From NCBI GenBank assembly GCA_050613775.1, contig JBODTK010000120.1, positions 248,001 through 312,000 of the forward strand: a stretch of 64,000 nt of DNA, read 5' to 3'. This document shows positions 46,475 through 64,000 of the stretch, piece after piece. The notes beneath the pieces are model-generated. The model searched no databases, was not told the DNA's origin, and saw only the letters and a list, made by a program, of their open reading frames with translations. How positions within the stretch are numbered: position 1 is the first letter of the stretch; the number at the start of each line of letters is the position of its first letter. Source of the DNA: Neocallimastix sp. 'constans'. Lineage: Eukaryota. The position numbers and the translations under genes are program-made.

Positions 46475-47855
46475 GAAAAGGAAAAGAAAAAAAAATTTTT
46501 TTTAAATACTATAATCTATTATCTATTACTATTAATAATAATATCTTCATTTTATTATTATTATCTTTTTAATTTTCATTTTTATTATTTTTTAAAATTT
46601 TTTTACTTTTTATTATTATTATATTTCAATTTTAAATAAATTAACAACAATTCTAATTTTAAAAAATTATAATTATGTCTATATTTTTTATTATCGTATC
46701 TATTGATATATAATATAAATATTTAAATATATACATAAATATAAATATATATTTTTCTTATCGTTAAAAGCTGTATTTTTGATTTTATTTTTAAATTTAT
46801 TTAGATATCAACTAATAAATAAAATAAAAATAAATAAATAAAAATATTTTTTTTTTTTTTTTTTTTTCGTGTTATATATTTATATATAAAAAAAGTGATT
46901 TTGATTTATAATATATGTATATTGAATTATAGATATTATACTTTTTTTTTTATTAAAAAAAAATTGTTGAAGTTTTATTTTTATTTTATTTTATTTTTAT
47001 TTTTTTTAAAAATTTTAAAAATTTTACTGCTGAAAGGTAGAATGTTCTGTAAAAAGTTTTTTTTTTTTAATAAAAACTTAACTATTTAATTTTTTTTTTT
47101 TTTTTTTTTTTTTTGAATAACTTTATTTAATATAAAAATTTTATACATTTATGTATTTAATGGTGATATAAATTAAATTAAATTATATTAAATTAAATAT
47201 CTAAATACAACAAATAGGGTAAAAATTTTTTAAAGCTTTATAATTTCTTAATTTTAAAGATTTTGTAAAACAAAAAAAAATGTAAATGAAATGAGATTAA
47301 AATTAGAAAATAAAAAAAAAAAAAGAAATAGAAAAAAATAATAAACATAATATAAAAATACGAAATATTTATATATTTAATATTTTGTAAGTTTAATTAT
47401 TATTTTTTTTTATAAAAAAAAAAAAAAAAAAGAATTATGAAGAATTCATTAAATGATTATTATTTAGTAAAGCTATGTCTTTTACTCATGGTGATAAATG
47501 TGATAAAAAAAAAAAAGGAAATTTTTGTTAAAAGAAATGAAATTAGATTGAAATGTTTTCATAATAATGACCAAGGAATGCGAAAATTGCTAGTAGTGTT
47601 AATGATCGTATTAATATCATCGAAGTATTCAATAAAGTTAGAGCTTATAGTAAGAACTTAAACAATACACAAAATTAGTGTCTTCTCTTGCTGCTTAAAA
47701 GAATAAAACGATTAAATTTCAAAAATAAAGAAACTAGATTTTATAAAAGTTTTAAATTCAAAGTTTTAATTCTCATTCTCTATATATATTAATTTTTGTA
47801 TCAATGACTTTAATTAGAATTGGTGTAACATCTCTATACACTAGTTAGGAATGAG

Positions 47856-47888
<33 letters not shown>

Positions 47889-48703
47889 AATTGAACTTTT
47901 TAATTATCAATATATAAAAATAAAAAAAAAAAGAAAATAAAAATAAAAATTAATATAATGAAATTAATAAAACAATATATATATATACTTCAAAATATAT
48001 TAATTCACATTAAAAAGAAATATAATAATTATACTCATCTTTCTATTTTTTTTAGATGGATATTTTTATACGATATGTATATGTATTATTGTTGTCATAG
48101 GTTAAAAAAAAAGTTGGTGATAGTGATTAAAGGCATTCACCTTTTAATCATTATTTTATTTTTATTTTTTTTTTTATAATTTTTTAATATATATACATAT
48201 ATTAAAAAAATTTTGAACAAAACTTAATTATTAACTTTATTTAATATAAATTTTTATATATTAATGTAAATATAAAATAAATAAATAAATAAATAAACTA
48301 ATACATAAATAAATTAATAAATTAATAAAATTTTTAATATATTTTTTAAAAAAAAAAAAAACGAAATAAAATATGATAAAAAAACAAGAATTATAATAAT
48401 AAACATATGAAATATAATATTATAAAAATTTAATTATTAATTTGTTTTTTTAAAAATAAATTAATTAAAAAAAATGAATTAAAGGATGATTACTATTTAG
48501 CATATCTGTATCTATTGCTTACGGAGAGACTAACGAAGAAATAATGACTTATGCTAAAAGAAAATAAATTAGATTGGGATTGGGTTGTTCTAAGTGCCCA
48601 CATCATAATTATATATATATATATATAACAAAAAAATTTTAATACTTTCTAAATATTATTGTCCCTAAGTTTAACTATCTAAAATATATTTAATAATTTC
48701 AAA

Positions 48704-48795
<92 letters not shown>

Positions 48796-50501
48796 GTTGT
48801 TGTTGTTGTTATTATTATTATTATTATTAATGATAAAAATTTCGAAAAGTGTTTGTTGGGGGTTTTAAAAGACGAATCAAAAAAAGACTTTTTACAAAAG
48901 TTTTTTAACAATTTTCAATTATTGAAATATTGTAAAATAATAATAAAAAAAATAAAAAATAAAATAAAATATTAAAATTTTATTATTATTATATATATTT
49001 TTTATATTATAAATGAATATAGAATTTTTTTTTTAATAAAAATATATCTAAATAATTATCACTTTAAAAGAAATATTTTATATCAAGATTAAAAGATTTT
49101 TTATACTTATATAAAATTAAATGTTTTAAAATTAATATATATATATAATATTTTTTTTTAGTTATTATTATTTTTTTTGTTTAAACAAAAAAATATATTC
49201 GTATATATTATATATACATATTAATAAATAATATATTTAAATATATTAGAAACAGTTTTCTTTTCCCTCTCAAGCCATTATTTTTATTTCATTTTTTTTT
49301 TTTTTTCATTTTTTTTTTAATTTAAACTTCCATTTTAAATTTCCTAATACGATAGTGAAAGATTAATGATATAATATAATAATATAGATAGAATAGATAA
49401 AACATGTAATACTTTCTTCAATCAAGTTTTTTTTTTTTTTTTTTTTTGATATTTTTTATTAAAATTATTTATTCTTTTTACTATTTAATAGTAAAAAGAA
49501 TAAATAATTAATTAAAAAATATTAATTTTATATTTTATTTTTATTATTATTCACAACCATTATTATTATTAAATAACTATTTTAAAATTAAATAAATATT
49601 TATATTTTTTTTTTACTTTATCTTAACTTTTATTTTTCATTACTTAATATTTATTAGTAATAGAGATAGAATCAAATTATTATAAATAATACAAAAAAAA
49701 AAAAAAAAGAAAAAAAAAAAAATAACGAAAAACAAAAAATATATAAAAGAAATGATTTGGTTTCTTTTATAATATATATCATTTTAAAGTAATAATAATA
49801 GTAATAAAATTATATTTATATTTATATTTATATATATATATTTATTATTATATTAATAATATCATAATAACAATAATAAAAAATATGTATATATATATAT
49901 ATATTTATTAAGAGTGAGTATTATTTTTTTTTTTTTCTATAAATATATTTTAATTTATATTAAAATTTAAAAATATATAGTATGATGAATTGATGATTAA
50001 TACACACATATCAAATGAACAAAGTAGAATTAATAGATTTATGATATTCATTTTTAAATGAAAATATATCATAAATTAGAAAATGATAAACATGTGATTT
50101 TGTCAAACAAAATCGCTTCTTTCAATACTATTATTTATTTATTTATTTATTTATTAATCAAATCTATATATAATATATAATTATAAATTATAAAAGGAAA
50201 TTTCAAATTGATTTTCAACTTTTTGATTATAGCTTATAGTTTATAGTTATTATATGCAAATTGTTTTAGAAATTTTTATTTATGTTGAATAAAAAAAAAA
50301 TAAAAAATACATTTTAAGATAATTATATTAAAAGCACTTTTTTTTTTGTTTAATTCTAATTGTATTAAAAAAAAATATAAAAATATAAAAAAGAATGTTT
50401 TAAAATGTGTGGGTTATATAAATATATATAAATATAAATATTGATATAAAAAGGTATTATTCTTAATAAAGTTTATATATTTAAATTAGAAATTTAATTT
50501 A

Positions 50502-50532
<31 letters not shown>

Positions 50533-50561
50533 ATTATTTATTTTATTTTATTTTATTTTAT

Positions 50562-51694
50562 TCAGCCTTTAAACCCTTTAACGTCATAGCTTCTAAAACT
50601 TGTTTTAATACAATTTTTTCATCTTGTATGGTTTCATCTATTTTGAAAAACTATTAAATTTATATTATATATATATATATGAAGAGGGTGTGTGATTTTT
50701 TTAATTAATTAATATATATATATATTAATATAAATATATACTTAAATTACCTTTTTAATTTTTTCTAAATCAGTATAGGATGAAAGTTCACCTAATTGAA
50801 TTTCATCTCCTTCTATAAATGAAGTGACTTCTTCGTTTATCTTTAATATAAAAATAATTAAATTATAATTTATTTTTATTTTTAAGTAAATACCATTATT
50901 TATGATGTATAAAATAGTTTAGTAATTTGATTAATTTTTATATTTCAATAAAAAATACCTCCATAGCTTTCATTTCATCTTCACATATAATGATAACTAT
51001 AGCAGCATCACAATCATTTGAAATTCCAAATACATTATTTGCTTCATTTATCTGATAATATATATATATTAATATCAATAAATATTATTATTATAATTAT
51101 ACATATATATATTAATATACATATATATGAATTTATAATTTTTTTTCAAGAATTTTAAATTACTCTAGTATTTGGTGATAATGAATAAATGATTTCGGAA
51201 TTAACATTATTTGTTTTTAATTTATTTTGATAATTTAATAAACTAGCTTTTGAAGCTGCAGTTAATACTTGAAATATATCAATAATCTTTATTCAATTGT
51301 AATAAAACATAATATATATATATATAAAATAAAAGATATATATATACATTTAAAAAAAAATAAAATATTATATATATATAATAATAATAATTTTTTTAAT
51401 TATATATTTTATTTTATATAATATATATTTTTCTTTTTACATGAAAAAAAAAAAAAAAAAAAAAAAAATAAAAAGAATTATTATTATTTTTATTTTTTTT
51501 TTTTTTTTGAAAATGCATTATTTTACCATATGAGCATTAATTATTGCACAATTTGGTACTTTTTCATCATTATTTACTATCATTTCTTGTAGTTCATTTT
51601 GATTTTTTAAATTATTATATAATGAAATGTATGCATTTGGTAAATAAAAAACACCATCAGACTTTATAATTTCAGGAAGTTCAAATTGCTTCAT
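50562..51694 (-). CDS. CGI121: KEOPS/EKC complex subunit Cgi121 (TPRKB), 5 exons
   Basis: Spliced: ...AIINAHM|IIDIFQVLTAASKA...LKTNNVNSEIIYSLSPNTR|INEANNVFGIS...IEGDEI...DLEKIKK|FFKI...VLEAMTLKGLKG*. Confidence 0.9.
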
Positions 51695-53165
51695 TTTTTT
51701 TTTAAAATTTAAATTAAAAAAAAAATATAAAATAAAATAAAATAAAATTAATAGTAATTACTACTAAATACAATTTAATCTAATCAATAATAATTAAAAA
51801 AAAAAAAACTTTTTTTTTTTAATTTTAATATACAAAAATAAATACGTAAATAGTTAAACGTATTGGAAATGTAATATGGATTGTTCAACAAAAACAACAA
51901 AATACAATAAAAAGAAAAAAAAAATTTAATTAATAAAAAAAATATTTAATAATATTAAATTATTTAATTATTTAAATAAATATTGAATATTATAATCATA
52001 ATAATAAAAAAATATTGAATTATAAACTATTAACTATTAAATATTATTAAATATTAACTATTTAATATAATATTTTAATTTTATTATATTTAATTTCAAT
52101 TATTACTTTTATTCAAAACTATTTATAATAATTAATAACTAATAAATAATTAAATAATTAATATTTTATTTTTTTTTATATTATATTTTAAAAATTTTCA
52201 TTAATTTATTATTTTATTTTATTAGTATCTTTTGTTTTTTTAATAATATTATTTTTTTATTTAATTAATAATTTCAATTATTAAATAATTTAAATATTCA
52301 AAAAGAAAAAAAAAAAAAAAAAAAGATTAATAATAATAATAAAAAAAAAAAGGATAAAGGTATATCAATTAAATAAAAATAAATCTATTTTTTATTTAAA
52401 AAAAAAAACAAATATAGTAAAATATTAAACTTTCTATAATTGATCATACAAAAAAAAAAAAGTTTTAACTTTTTTTCTTATATATGATAAAAATCATAAA
52501 AATATAATATAAAATAAAATAAGAAATAAAATTATAAAAAAAAAAAAAGTGATAATAAATAAATAAATATAAATTCAAAAATTATAAAAAGATAGATATT
52601 AATTTTACTATTTATTTTATTTTGGAAAACTTAATCAATTTTTAAAATAAAAAAGTTTAATAAAAGTAATTTTAATTTTTAATATTAATAAAAATAAATA
52701 GTAATTACATATTTTATAATATATAAAAAATACTAAACTTTTATTTATATATATATTATTTATTATTATTATATTTTATCTCTTATTCATCTATTATATC
52801 ATATTAATCTCTTTCCGATATATTGGAAAATAACTGATGTTTTTAATGACAATTCAAAATTATTTTATATTCATAAATTAAAAAAACTTTATAAAATATT
52901 AAAATTATTAAATAAAATTATAATTTTAATTTAATAATCAATAAACATGCTTATATTTTCACAATATATATACATATTCATAAATGTTTTTATTCATATT
53001 TATAATCAAATTATTTTTTGCAATATTAAATTCTTTATCAATAATTTTTAATATTTTTTATATACTAATATTATAATTAGTTTAGTTTAATTCAATATAT
53101 TTATCTCTTACTCGATTTATATATTTTTTCTTTATTCTTATTTATTAATATATAATAAAGTTATA

Positions 53166-53519
53166 ATGGTTTTAGAAGCTACTGTTTTAGTGTAAGTTTA
53201 AGACTAACAGGAAAGAAGTTTAAAGAAAAGAAGTTATAAAAAAAAGAAAAGAAATGACTAAAAAATAAAAGAAAAAGAATAAATTGATCATCCATTTTAT
53301 TCAGAATATATATATATATATATATAAAAAAAAAAAAAAAGAGTATTTCTCTTCTTATATAATTATTTTTTTTTTCAATTGGTTAAATAATAATAATAAT
53401 AGTTAATTAAAAATAAGAAATCATTTTAGATAATATATATATAAAAGTTTAATAAAAATCAATAAGAAGAAAGTTAAATATATATATATATAAAGAAGAA
53501 CAATACAGTAATACAAGCA

Positions 53520-53565
<46 letters not shown>

Positions 53566-53949
53566 ATTATTTAATAGTTTGGACAATTCCGAATGGATGA
53601 GAAATGGTGATTATACTCCATCCAGAATTGAAGCACAAAGTGATGCCACTATTTTCCTTTTTAACGCTAAAACTCGTGCCAACCCAGAAAATACAGTTGG
53701 TATGATGACAATGGCTGGTAAAAGGTAATATTCTTTAAAGATGTTTTTTTTTTTTTGTATTTTTTATTATTTTATCAAATAATATTTATTTATGTATTAT
53801 ACATCATTGAAAATATTTTTTTTAAAAAAAAAAAAAAAATAAAAAAATTATGAATTGAATGATATATATTTGTATATAAATAGAATTTTTTTTTTTTTTT
53901 CAGTAAAATAATAATAATAAATAATTAATTAAATATATTTAATAAAAAT

Positions 53950-53996
<47 letters not shown>

Positions 53997-54339
53997 TAAA
54001 TATAATATTATTATATTTAAAAATTTAATAATATTACAAAAAAAAAAAAAAATAAAAAAATTCATAAATAGTCCAGAAGTTATGGTCACTTTAACTACTG
54101 ATATTGGTAAGGTTTTAACTGCATTACATAACATTCAACTTTCTGGAAATGCACATTTTACTACTGGTGTTCAAATTGCTCAAGTAAAATAATTAATAAT
54201 ATATATTTATAAAATTTCATAAATAAATTTATACGAAAATATATATATTAAAATATATATCTATATATATAATTATATGATATAATTTATATATAATATA
54301 ATATTATTTTAACAATAATATAATAAAATAACAATTTCA

Positions 54340-54370
<31 letters not shown>

Positions 54371-55303
54371 TTATATAATTAATACACTTAAAAAAAAATT
54401 AATACTTTCAAATGATTATATAAAATCAACACTATCAAATGATTTATATATATTAATAGTTAGCATTAAAGCATCGTCAAAATAAGAATCAAAAACAAAG
54501 AATAATAGTATTTGTTGGTAGTCCGGTAAATGAGGATGAGAAAACTTTAGTTAAATTAGGAAAGAAATTAAAAAAGAATAATATTGCTATTGATCTTATA
54601 AACTTTGGTGAAGAAGAACAAAATACTTCAAAATTAGAAGCTTTTATAAATGCTGTTAATAATAGTGATAATAGTCACTTGGTAACTATTCCACCAGGTC
54701 CACATATTTTAAGTGATGTCCTTATGACTTCTCCAATTGTTATTGATGAAGATGGTGCTGCTCCAGCTGGATTTAGTGGTGGTAATAATGACTTTGAATT
54801 TGGCGTTGATCCAAATATTGATCCAGAATTAGCTTTAGTAAGTATTATTATAATAAATAATAATGATGAAATAATAATATTAAATAATAATAATCATTAA
54901 ATAATGATATTAAAATAATAGTTTTGAAATAATAATAATAATAATAAATATAATAATAGTAATAGTAATATAATCATAATATAATAATAATAATAATAAA
55001 ATTAATTTTTATTTATTTATTTATTTATTATACTATATAAAATATATGTTTTTTTTTTTTTAAATAATAAAAAAAACAAAATTTTTTTTACAGGCCTTAA
55101 GAATATCATTAGAAGAAGAAAAGATGAGACAAGAACAAGAAGCTAAGAAAAAGATGGAGGAAACTAAAGCTGAAGCTACTAGTAGTGGTGATAATAACCA
55201 AGGATTGGTATCCACTGATGAAGATGATATGCTTGCTAAAGCTTTAGCTATGTCTATGAATACTGGTGTAAGAATTGCGTTTATCTATATATATATATAA
55301 TTA

Positions 55304-55354
<51 letters not shown>

Positions 55355-55960
55355 ATTTTATAATTAAAGAATATTAAATAACTAATTTCTTTTAAAATTT
55401 TATTACCTTATATATATATTTATAATATTTTTTATAATATTTTTAATATTTTTTTTTTTTTTTTTTTTTTAAAAAAATATATAAAATAACAACGATAATT
55501 GTAATAATAATAAATTTAAAGGATGATGATGTTCCAATGGAAGACATGGATGAAGATGAAGAAATTCAAAGAGCTATTGCTTTATCTATGGCTGATGCTA
55601 ATGTAAATATGGATTTTAAATATAAAATATTAAATATTTAAATTTTTCAATATATTTAGATAAGAATTAATTTAAATTTATATATTTAAATATTAATAAA
55701 TTATATATATATGTATATTTTGTTATTATAATAATTTAATTATTATATATTATATATTATTATTATTATTATATCATTTATTGTATAAAATATACATGAA
55801 ATGAAATAAATTATAGAATAATAATGAAAATGGAAATAATGATCAAGATTTAGCCGATGTTTTAAATAATTTACCAGGTATTAATTCTGAAGATCCAAGA
55901 ATAAAAGATGCTATTAAAGAACTTGAAAAGGACAAAAAGAAGGATGATGATAAGAAATAA
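53166..55960 (+). CDS. RPN10: 26S proteasome ubiquitin receptor Rpn10 (PSMD4), 7 exons
   Basis: vWA domain: [25 protein letters not shown]...NPENTVG...[21 protein letters not shown]. Also [24 protein letters not shown] and further UIMs. Stop TAA at 55958-55960. Confidence 0.97.
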
Positions 55961-56154
55961 TTAAAAAAAAAAAAAAAATACCAAATATATAATTTCTCAT
56001 CCAATCGATATTTATTAATATAATTATTATTGATTTTTTTTTTTTTTTCATTATCATCATAAAAAAAAAAAAAATAAAAAAATAAAATAAAATTAATTAA
56101 AAATATATATTAAAATTTTTATTATATTTAGGCGATTTTTTTCTTTTTCTATTT

Positions 56155-56187
<33 letters not shown>

Positions 56188-56193
56188 TTTTTT

Positions 56194-56226
<33 letters not shown>

Positions 56227-56514
56227 AAAAATATAAAGAATATGAATAAGAATATAAAAATAAATTAATAAAAAAAAAATCATAGCATTGATTAACAAAA
56301 AAAAAAAAAAAAAAAAAGAAAATAATAATAATAATAAAAATCAGAAAATAAAAAAAAATAAAAAAATAAAAAAAAAAAAAATAAAATAAAATAAAATAAA
56401 AATATTCTATTTATTTAAATAAAATATAAATAAAATATATTTAAAAAATAAATTAATAATATATATATATAATAACAATAGTAACAACAATAATAATAAA
56501 AATTAACATATGTG

Positions 56515-56563
<49 letters not shown>

Positions 56564-56678
56564 AAGAAAGAAAGATGTTTATAGATAAAATTAAAGCAAA
56601 CAAAAGAGAATATAAAAAGTGATTAAAAAAAAAAAGAAAGAAAAAATAAATATTAATCTTTTTATCAATGATAATAAT

Positions 56679-56716
<38 letters not shown>

Positions 56717-56989
56717 GAATTTATTATTATATCTGTTAAATATAGCTCTTAAAATCAGAAATAATAGCTATACTTTGTTATATTTATTTTTATTGCTTTT
56801 ACATTAAGAAAATAATGTCGAGGACACAAGAGCCAGGAGAGTTGGAAGAATATCCCGTTTTTTTTTTTTATATATATATTTTATTTTATTTTATTTTATT
56901 TTATTTTATTTTATTTTATTTTATTTTATTTTATTTTATTTTATTTTCAAAATTTCCTTGTTTGTATCTATTAAGAAAAAAGTATTTTA

Positions 56990-57720
56990 CATCCAAAAAC
57001 TTTTAAGTTTATATATACCAATTTTCTTATTGAAAAATACTTCATTCGGAATTTTAAAAATTAATTTCCTGATACTGATTTAAATTATACGGCGTACATG
57101 CACATTTAATAGCTTCATATCCCACAAGAAAGGAGATAGTTTAATAGCAATAAGTAATGTTTTCGAGCAGTTATCTAATACCTGTTCAATTCTTTCAGCC
57201 AGATCATTTTGTTGGAAACTACCTGATGTGGAATAATTAAATTTAATTCCATTATTTTTAAGATAATTTTATAAAATTAGAGATATATTATAATCCAAAC
57301 AGTTATCAGATCTTACTTCCTTAATGTTAATGTTGTAATATCACATGTATTTTTCATATAAGTTTATGAAACTTTATAAATTTCTTGCACTACCTCAGAA
57401 CTGTAATCATCCATAAATATATTTATATATTATTTGCGTCTACTAAATGGTGGAGCAGGCTTTATGTGGTCCAATGATATCAGTATGCATGATTTGTAAT
57501 GATAAAGTACTCTTGTTTTATATTTTGTTGAATGGTTTTTTCATGAGTTTATTAATTTTGCAATCTTCAAAATTTATATTTTCATTTTATTTATTTTATT
57601 GTTCTTACATTAAGGAAGTCCTAATCATTTAAGAATATGTCATTACCTGTTATTTATAAATTATTTATCTATATTAGTCTTAACATTATTGGTAATATTT
57701 AATGTTATACTAGTATGATG
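56990..57720 (-). mobile_element. Degenerate Ty1/copia-type integrase remnant
   Basis: Frameshifted minus-strand translation: CKINKLMKKPF...LQIMHTDIIGP...MDDYS...IKEVRSDN...QQNDLAERIEQVL...LSPFLW, matching the zinc-finger end plus the D,D(35)E core. Confidence 0.8.
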
Positions 57721-58119
57721 CTACCGAATAAAAATATTCTATACTTAATAATGTAGTATAATGTACAATGCAATTAAACACACTAATTGTGATATATAAC
57801 AATATCCATATATATATGTAGGTAATAATTATTATTTTTTAATAATTTAAAATGAAAATATGAAGTATAATAGAATATTTTTTTTTTTTTAATGATTTTG
57901 AAACTATTATTAAATTATTAATATTATAATTATTATATATTAAATATTTTATTTTCATCAGTACTTTTTTTTTTTTTTTCTAAATTATTTTATTTCATTT
58001 TATTTATTTATTAAAAATATTAATATATAAATTTTAGAATATAAAAAATAAAATTAATCTAATTAAAGTGAAAATTTTAAAGTTAATTATGGTGTTATGA
58101 TGTGAATTTAAATCTTTTC

Positions 58120-58153
<34 letters not shown>

Positions 58154-58302
58154 CCAAAATAGAAAAATTAATAAAGTAGATGGGGGTTCCAACCAAACTC
58201 TCTAACTCTCTCTCTTGTAGGAAAAAAAATTTGTGACGTTATTTCATATATTTACAATAAATTAAAAATGTACTGAATTTAAATATCAGTATTAAACTTT
58301 TC

Positions 58303-58366
<64 letters not shown>

Positions 58367-58553
58367 TTTATTTTTATTTTTATTTTTATTTTTATTTTTA
58401 TTTTTATTTTTATTTTTATTTTTATTTTTCATACATAATAATTATGAAGTTTTTTTTTTCTTGATTTATAATAATAAAAAATTATTATTATTATTAATTT
58501 TTTTTTTTTTTTTAATTTTTAATTTTTTTCCTTTTTTTTTTTTTTTTTTTAAG

Positions 58554-58588
<35 letters not shown>

Positions 58589-58824
58589 TATTATTATTAT
58601 TATAATTATTATTATTATTATTATTATTATAATTATTATTATTATTATTATTATAATTATTATTATTATTATTATTACTAAATAAAATGTATAATCTATA
58701 TATTAAAAATATTTATTTTATATATAAAAAGAAGGGGAAAAAATAATAAAAAATACAAATTGGAAAGAAAAAAAATTATTTAATTCTATATTAAAATTAT
58801 AATAATAATAATAAGAAGAAGAAG

Positions 58825-58857
<33 letters not shown>

Positions 58858-59054
58858 ATACACTACTATATATATAATATACTACATTTTCAAAAAAAAA
58901 AAAAAAAAAAAAAAATTAAAAAATAAAATTATAATATTTTTTGATTATATATTAATTATATTTTTCTTTTCTCTTTTTTATTTTTTTTCTTCCCTCCATA
59001 CTATTTATAAGATAATTTATTTAATAAAAAATAAAAAATAAAATAAAATAAAAT

Positions 59055-59086
<32 letters not shown>

Positions 59087-59366
59087 TAAAATAAAATAGT
59101 ATAAGAATAAAATAATATATATATATATTTATTCTAATTTTATTGTTTTTAAAATTTTTTATTATTTTATTTTATTTTTTTTAATTCTATTTTTTTTTTT
59201 TTTTTTTTGATTTTAATTTTGATTTTGATTTTGATTTTGTCTTGTACTTTTTTTTTTTCTTATATTATAAAATTAATTTCTGTTTTATTATGTATATTTA
59301 TATATTTTTGATATTGATATATATATAATAATAAGGGAGGAATTTAAAAAAATTTTTTTAAAGATA

Positions 59367-61554
<2,188 letters not shown>

Positions 61555-62799
61555 TTTTTATATTTTTTTTTCTCTTATTATTTATATAATACCTTAGTAA
61601 TAATTTAAATTAATAATAAATTAATATTAATATTAAAAAGGTAAATAACAAAAAAAAAAAAAAAAAAAAGTAAATATTTATAAATGATTTTTTATATATT
61701 TAATATAATATTTAATATTTATATATTAAATATTAAGAAAATTATGAATTTTATTGATTTGTTTTATATTTTATTTTTATTTAATTATATTACTGGGCTT
61801 ATATTTATTCTTTCATTAATATTTATTGTTATAAAACTTGTTTATTTATTTTTAAGTTTTTGGTTTAATAATTCTTCGATTTTAATAAAAAAAAATAAAA
61901 TAGTTTTAATAATATCTTATAGTCAATCTCGCCTTTAATATAAAAATTCTTTATTATTTGAAATATTATAATAATATTTATTATTTTTTTTATCACCTCT
62001 AATATTGTTTATAAAAACGAGTTTTTATCTTTATACTTCAAATGTTTTGCATATAGCTTATCTTGAAAATTTATATATATATATTTTTTTCGAAAAAAAA
62101 TATATTTTATTTTTATTATTATTACTATTATTATTATTAAATATCTTATTTCCGGAATAAAATGTATAATATAATTAAATATTATCTTATTTGAATTATA
62201 ATTTAGTATAATTATATATCAAATAAATATTTGTAAGTAATAAATGTTCGGTCGTTAATTAAACAAATGAAAAAAAAATAAACAATATTAAATGTTATCC
62301 ATAAAAAATACATTTCAATTCATAATTTATATCCTATTTAGATTTTTACTTTTCGAATGGTTTTCTATATTAAATTTGCCAAATTATAAATATTTTTGTT
62401 ATTTTTATTTATTTTGTTCCGTTTAATAGTTTGTTTTTATTACAATAAATATATATATTAACTTCTGTTCTATTTTTTGTTTATTTTTTTTTTATTTGCT
62501 TTATTTCTTTTTGAATAAATAATTCTATATTCACAAAATGTTGCTCTATTTACCTATGGAAATATTTAATATATAATAATATGATCTTTTATTTATTTCC
62601 AAAGTATATATTATTAATAAATATATATATAAAATTAAAAATAAAAGAATATACTTTATTATTATTATTTTTTTTTTAGAAAAAAATTAAATAAAAAACT
62701 TTCTTATTTATAAAAATAAATAAAAACTTTTTTTTTTATAGACATATAAGAAATAATAAAATATATTCCAACACTAATTACTGTTATTTTTAGATTTTC

Positions 62800-63020
62800 A
62801 TTTATTTATTGTTATTTATTTATTTATTATTTATTATTTATTATTTATTATTTATTATTTATTTATTTATTATTTATTATTTATTATTTATTATTTATTA
62901 TTTATTATTTATTATTTATTATTTATTATTTATTATTTATTATTTATTATTTATTATTTATTATTTATTATTTATTATTTATTATTTAATTATTTATTTA
63001 TTATTTATTTATTTATTTTA
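62800..63020. repeat. (ATTATTT)n heptamer satellite
   Basis: Directly visible; it explains the 62809-63048 ORF. Confidence 0.9.
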
Positions 63021-64000
63021 TTATAAAACTATTATATATAATAAATAAATTATTATATATTATAATATATATTTAATGGTATATATTTTATATTGATATA
63101 ATATTTTAATAAATAAGATTTTTTAAAAAGGATATTTTAAATATATTTTTATTCCTATATATTATATTATAGTTATAATACATAAATAATATATAAATTC
63201 CATTTTGATCATATATTGAACTATAATCGTTAAATATGTTTAAATATATAATATATTTATTATAATTAATAGAAAAATGAAAAATACCAAATTCAATTAG
63301 ATAATAATTAAATTTATAAAAATAATAAAAGATTAAAAAAGCCAATTTTCTTAAATAAAATAAAAAACAAAAAATAAAAAATGAATATATAATAAATAAC
63401 AAATACTTAAAAATAAATAATAAAGAGTTAATCTTATTAAATATCATTTTACTATCATTAATATATTTTTCATATTAATAATAAAATTTTATTATTGATT
63501 ATAGTTATTTAAAATTATATAATTGTTTATTAAATAAATAAAATAAAAAATTATATTGAAATGTTCAATTTTAATTTTAATTACTTTAATTTCTTAGGGT
63601 CTAAAAAATATATAACTTTTTTTTTTATTTAAAAGTATGAATATTCAATAATATAAAAAGTAATTCTGGTTTTTTTATTATATATGTTTAGTAAAAGAAT
63701 ATTAATTCCTTTTCTTAAAAAATAAATAAATAAATAAATAAATAAATATAATATAATAATAAAAATGAGAGAATAAAATATATAGTTTTAAAGTGATATT
63801 TTATTAGTATTAATAATTAGTTACTAACCATTAAAAATAAAATAAAATCTTTTAATCAATTACTCTCTAGTTACCAACCATATAAAAATAAAAAAACAAA
63901 TAAAAATATGAGATTAAAACTTTTTTTAAACAATAAAAATAATAATTCAAAATTAATAGTTACAGAGAATTTTTTTTATTATAATTTTGAAAATCTAAAA

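Overview
This is an extremely AT-rich, intron-rich eukaryotic window. The GT-AG introns, poly-A/T and (TTA)n tracts, flagellar genes and fungal-type housekeeping genes suggest an anaerobic gut fungus (Neocallimastigomycota); this is inference. From left to right it holds: a tRNA-Ala(TGC); a ~4.7 kb nest of degenerate non-LTR retrotransposon fragments; an outer-arm axonemal dynein heavy chain (DNAH5/8-type, minus strand); CCDC61/VFL3 (minus); an unexplained ~425-nt GC-richer, highly self-complementary island at 30.9-31.3 kb; and an accessory block at 33.6-39.9 kb. That block contains two tandem intronless GNAT acetyltransferases, a 238-bp tandem repeat with a recurring AAATAGACAT motif, a trypsin-like/DUF285-BspA pseudogene, a BAR-domain pseudogene and a GC-richer fragment. 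Further right are an ~824-aa protein with five short repeats and a C-terminal ParB/Srx-like domain, divergent CGI121 and RPN10 genes, a copia-type integrase relic, and a short-tailed casein kinase 1. The best novelty candidates are the structured island, the repeat + ParB-like protein, and the accessory block. All family calls come from motif recognition by eye, not from database searches.
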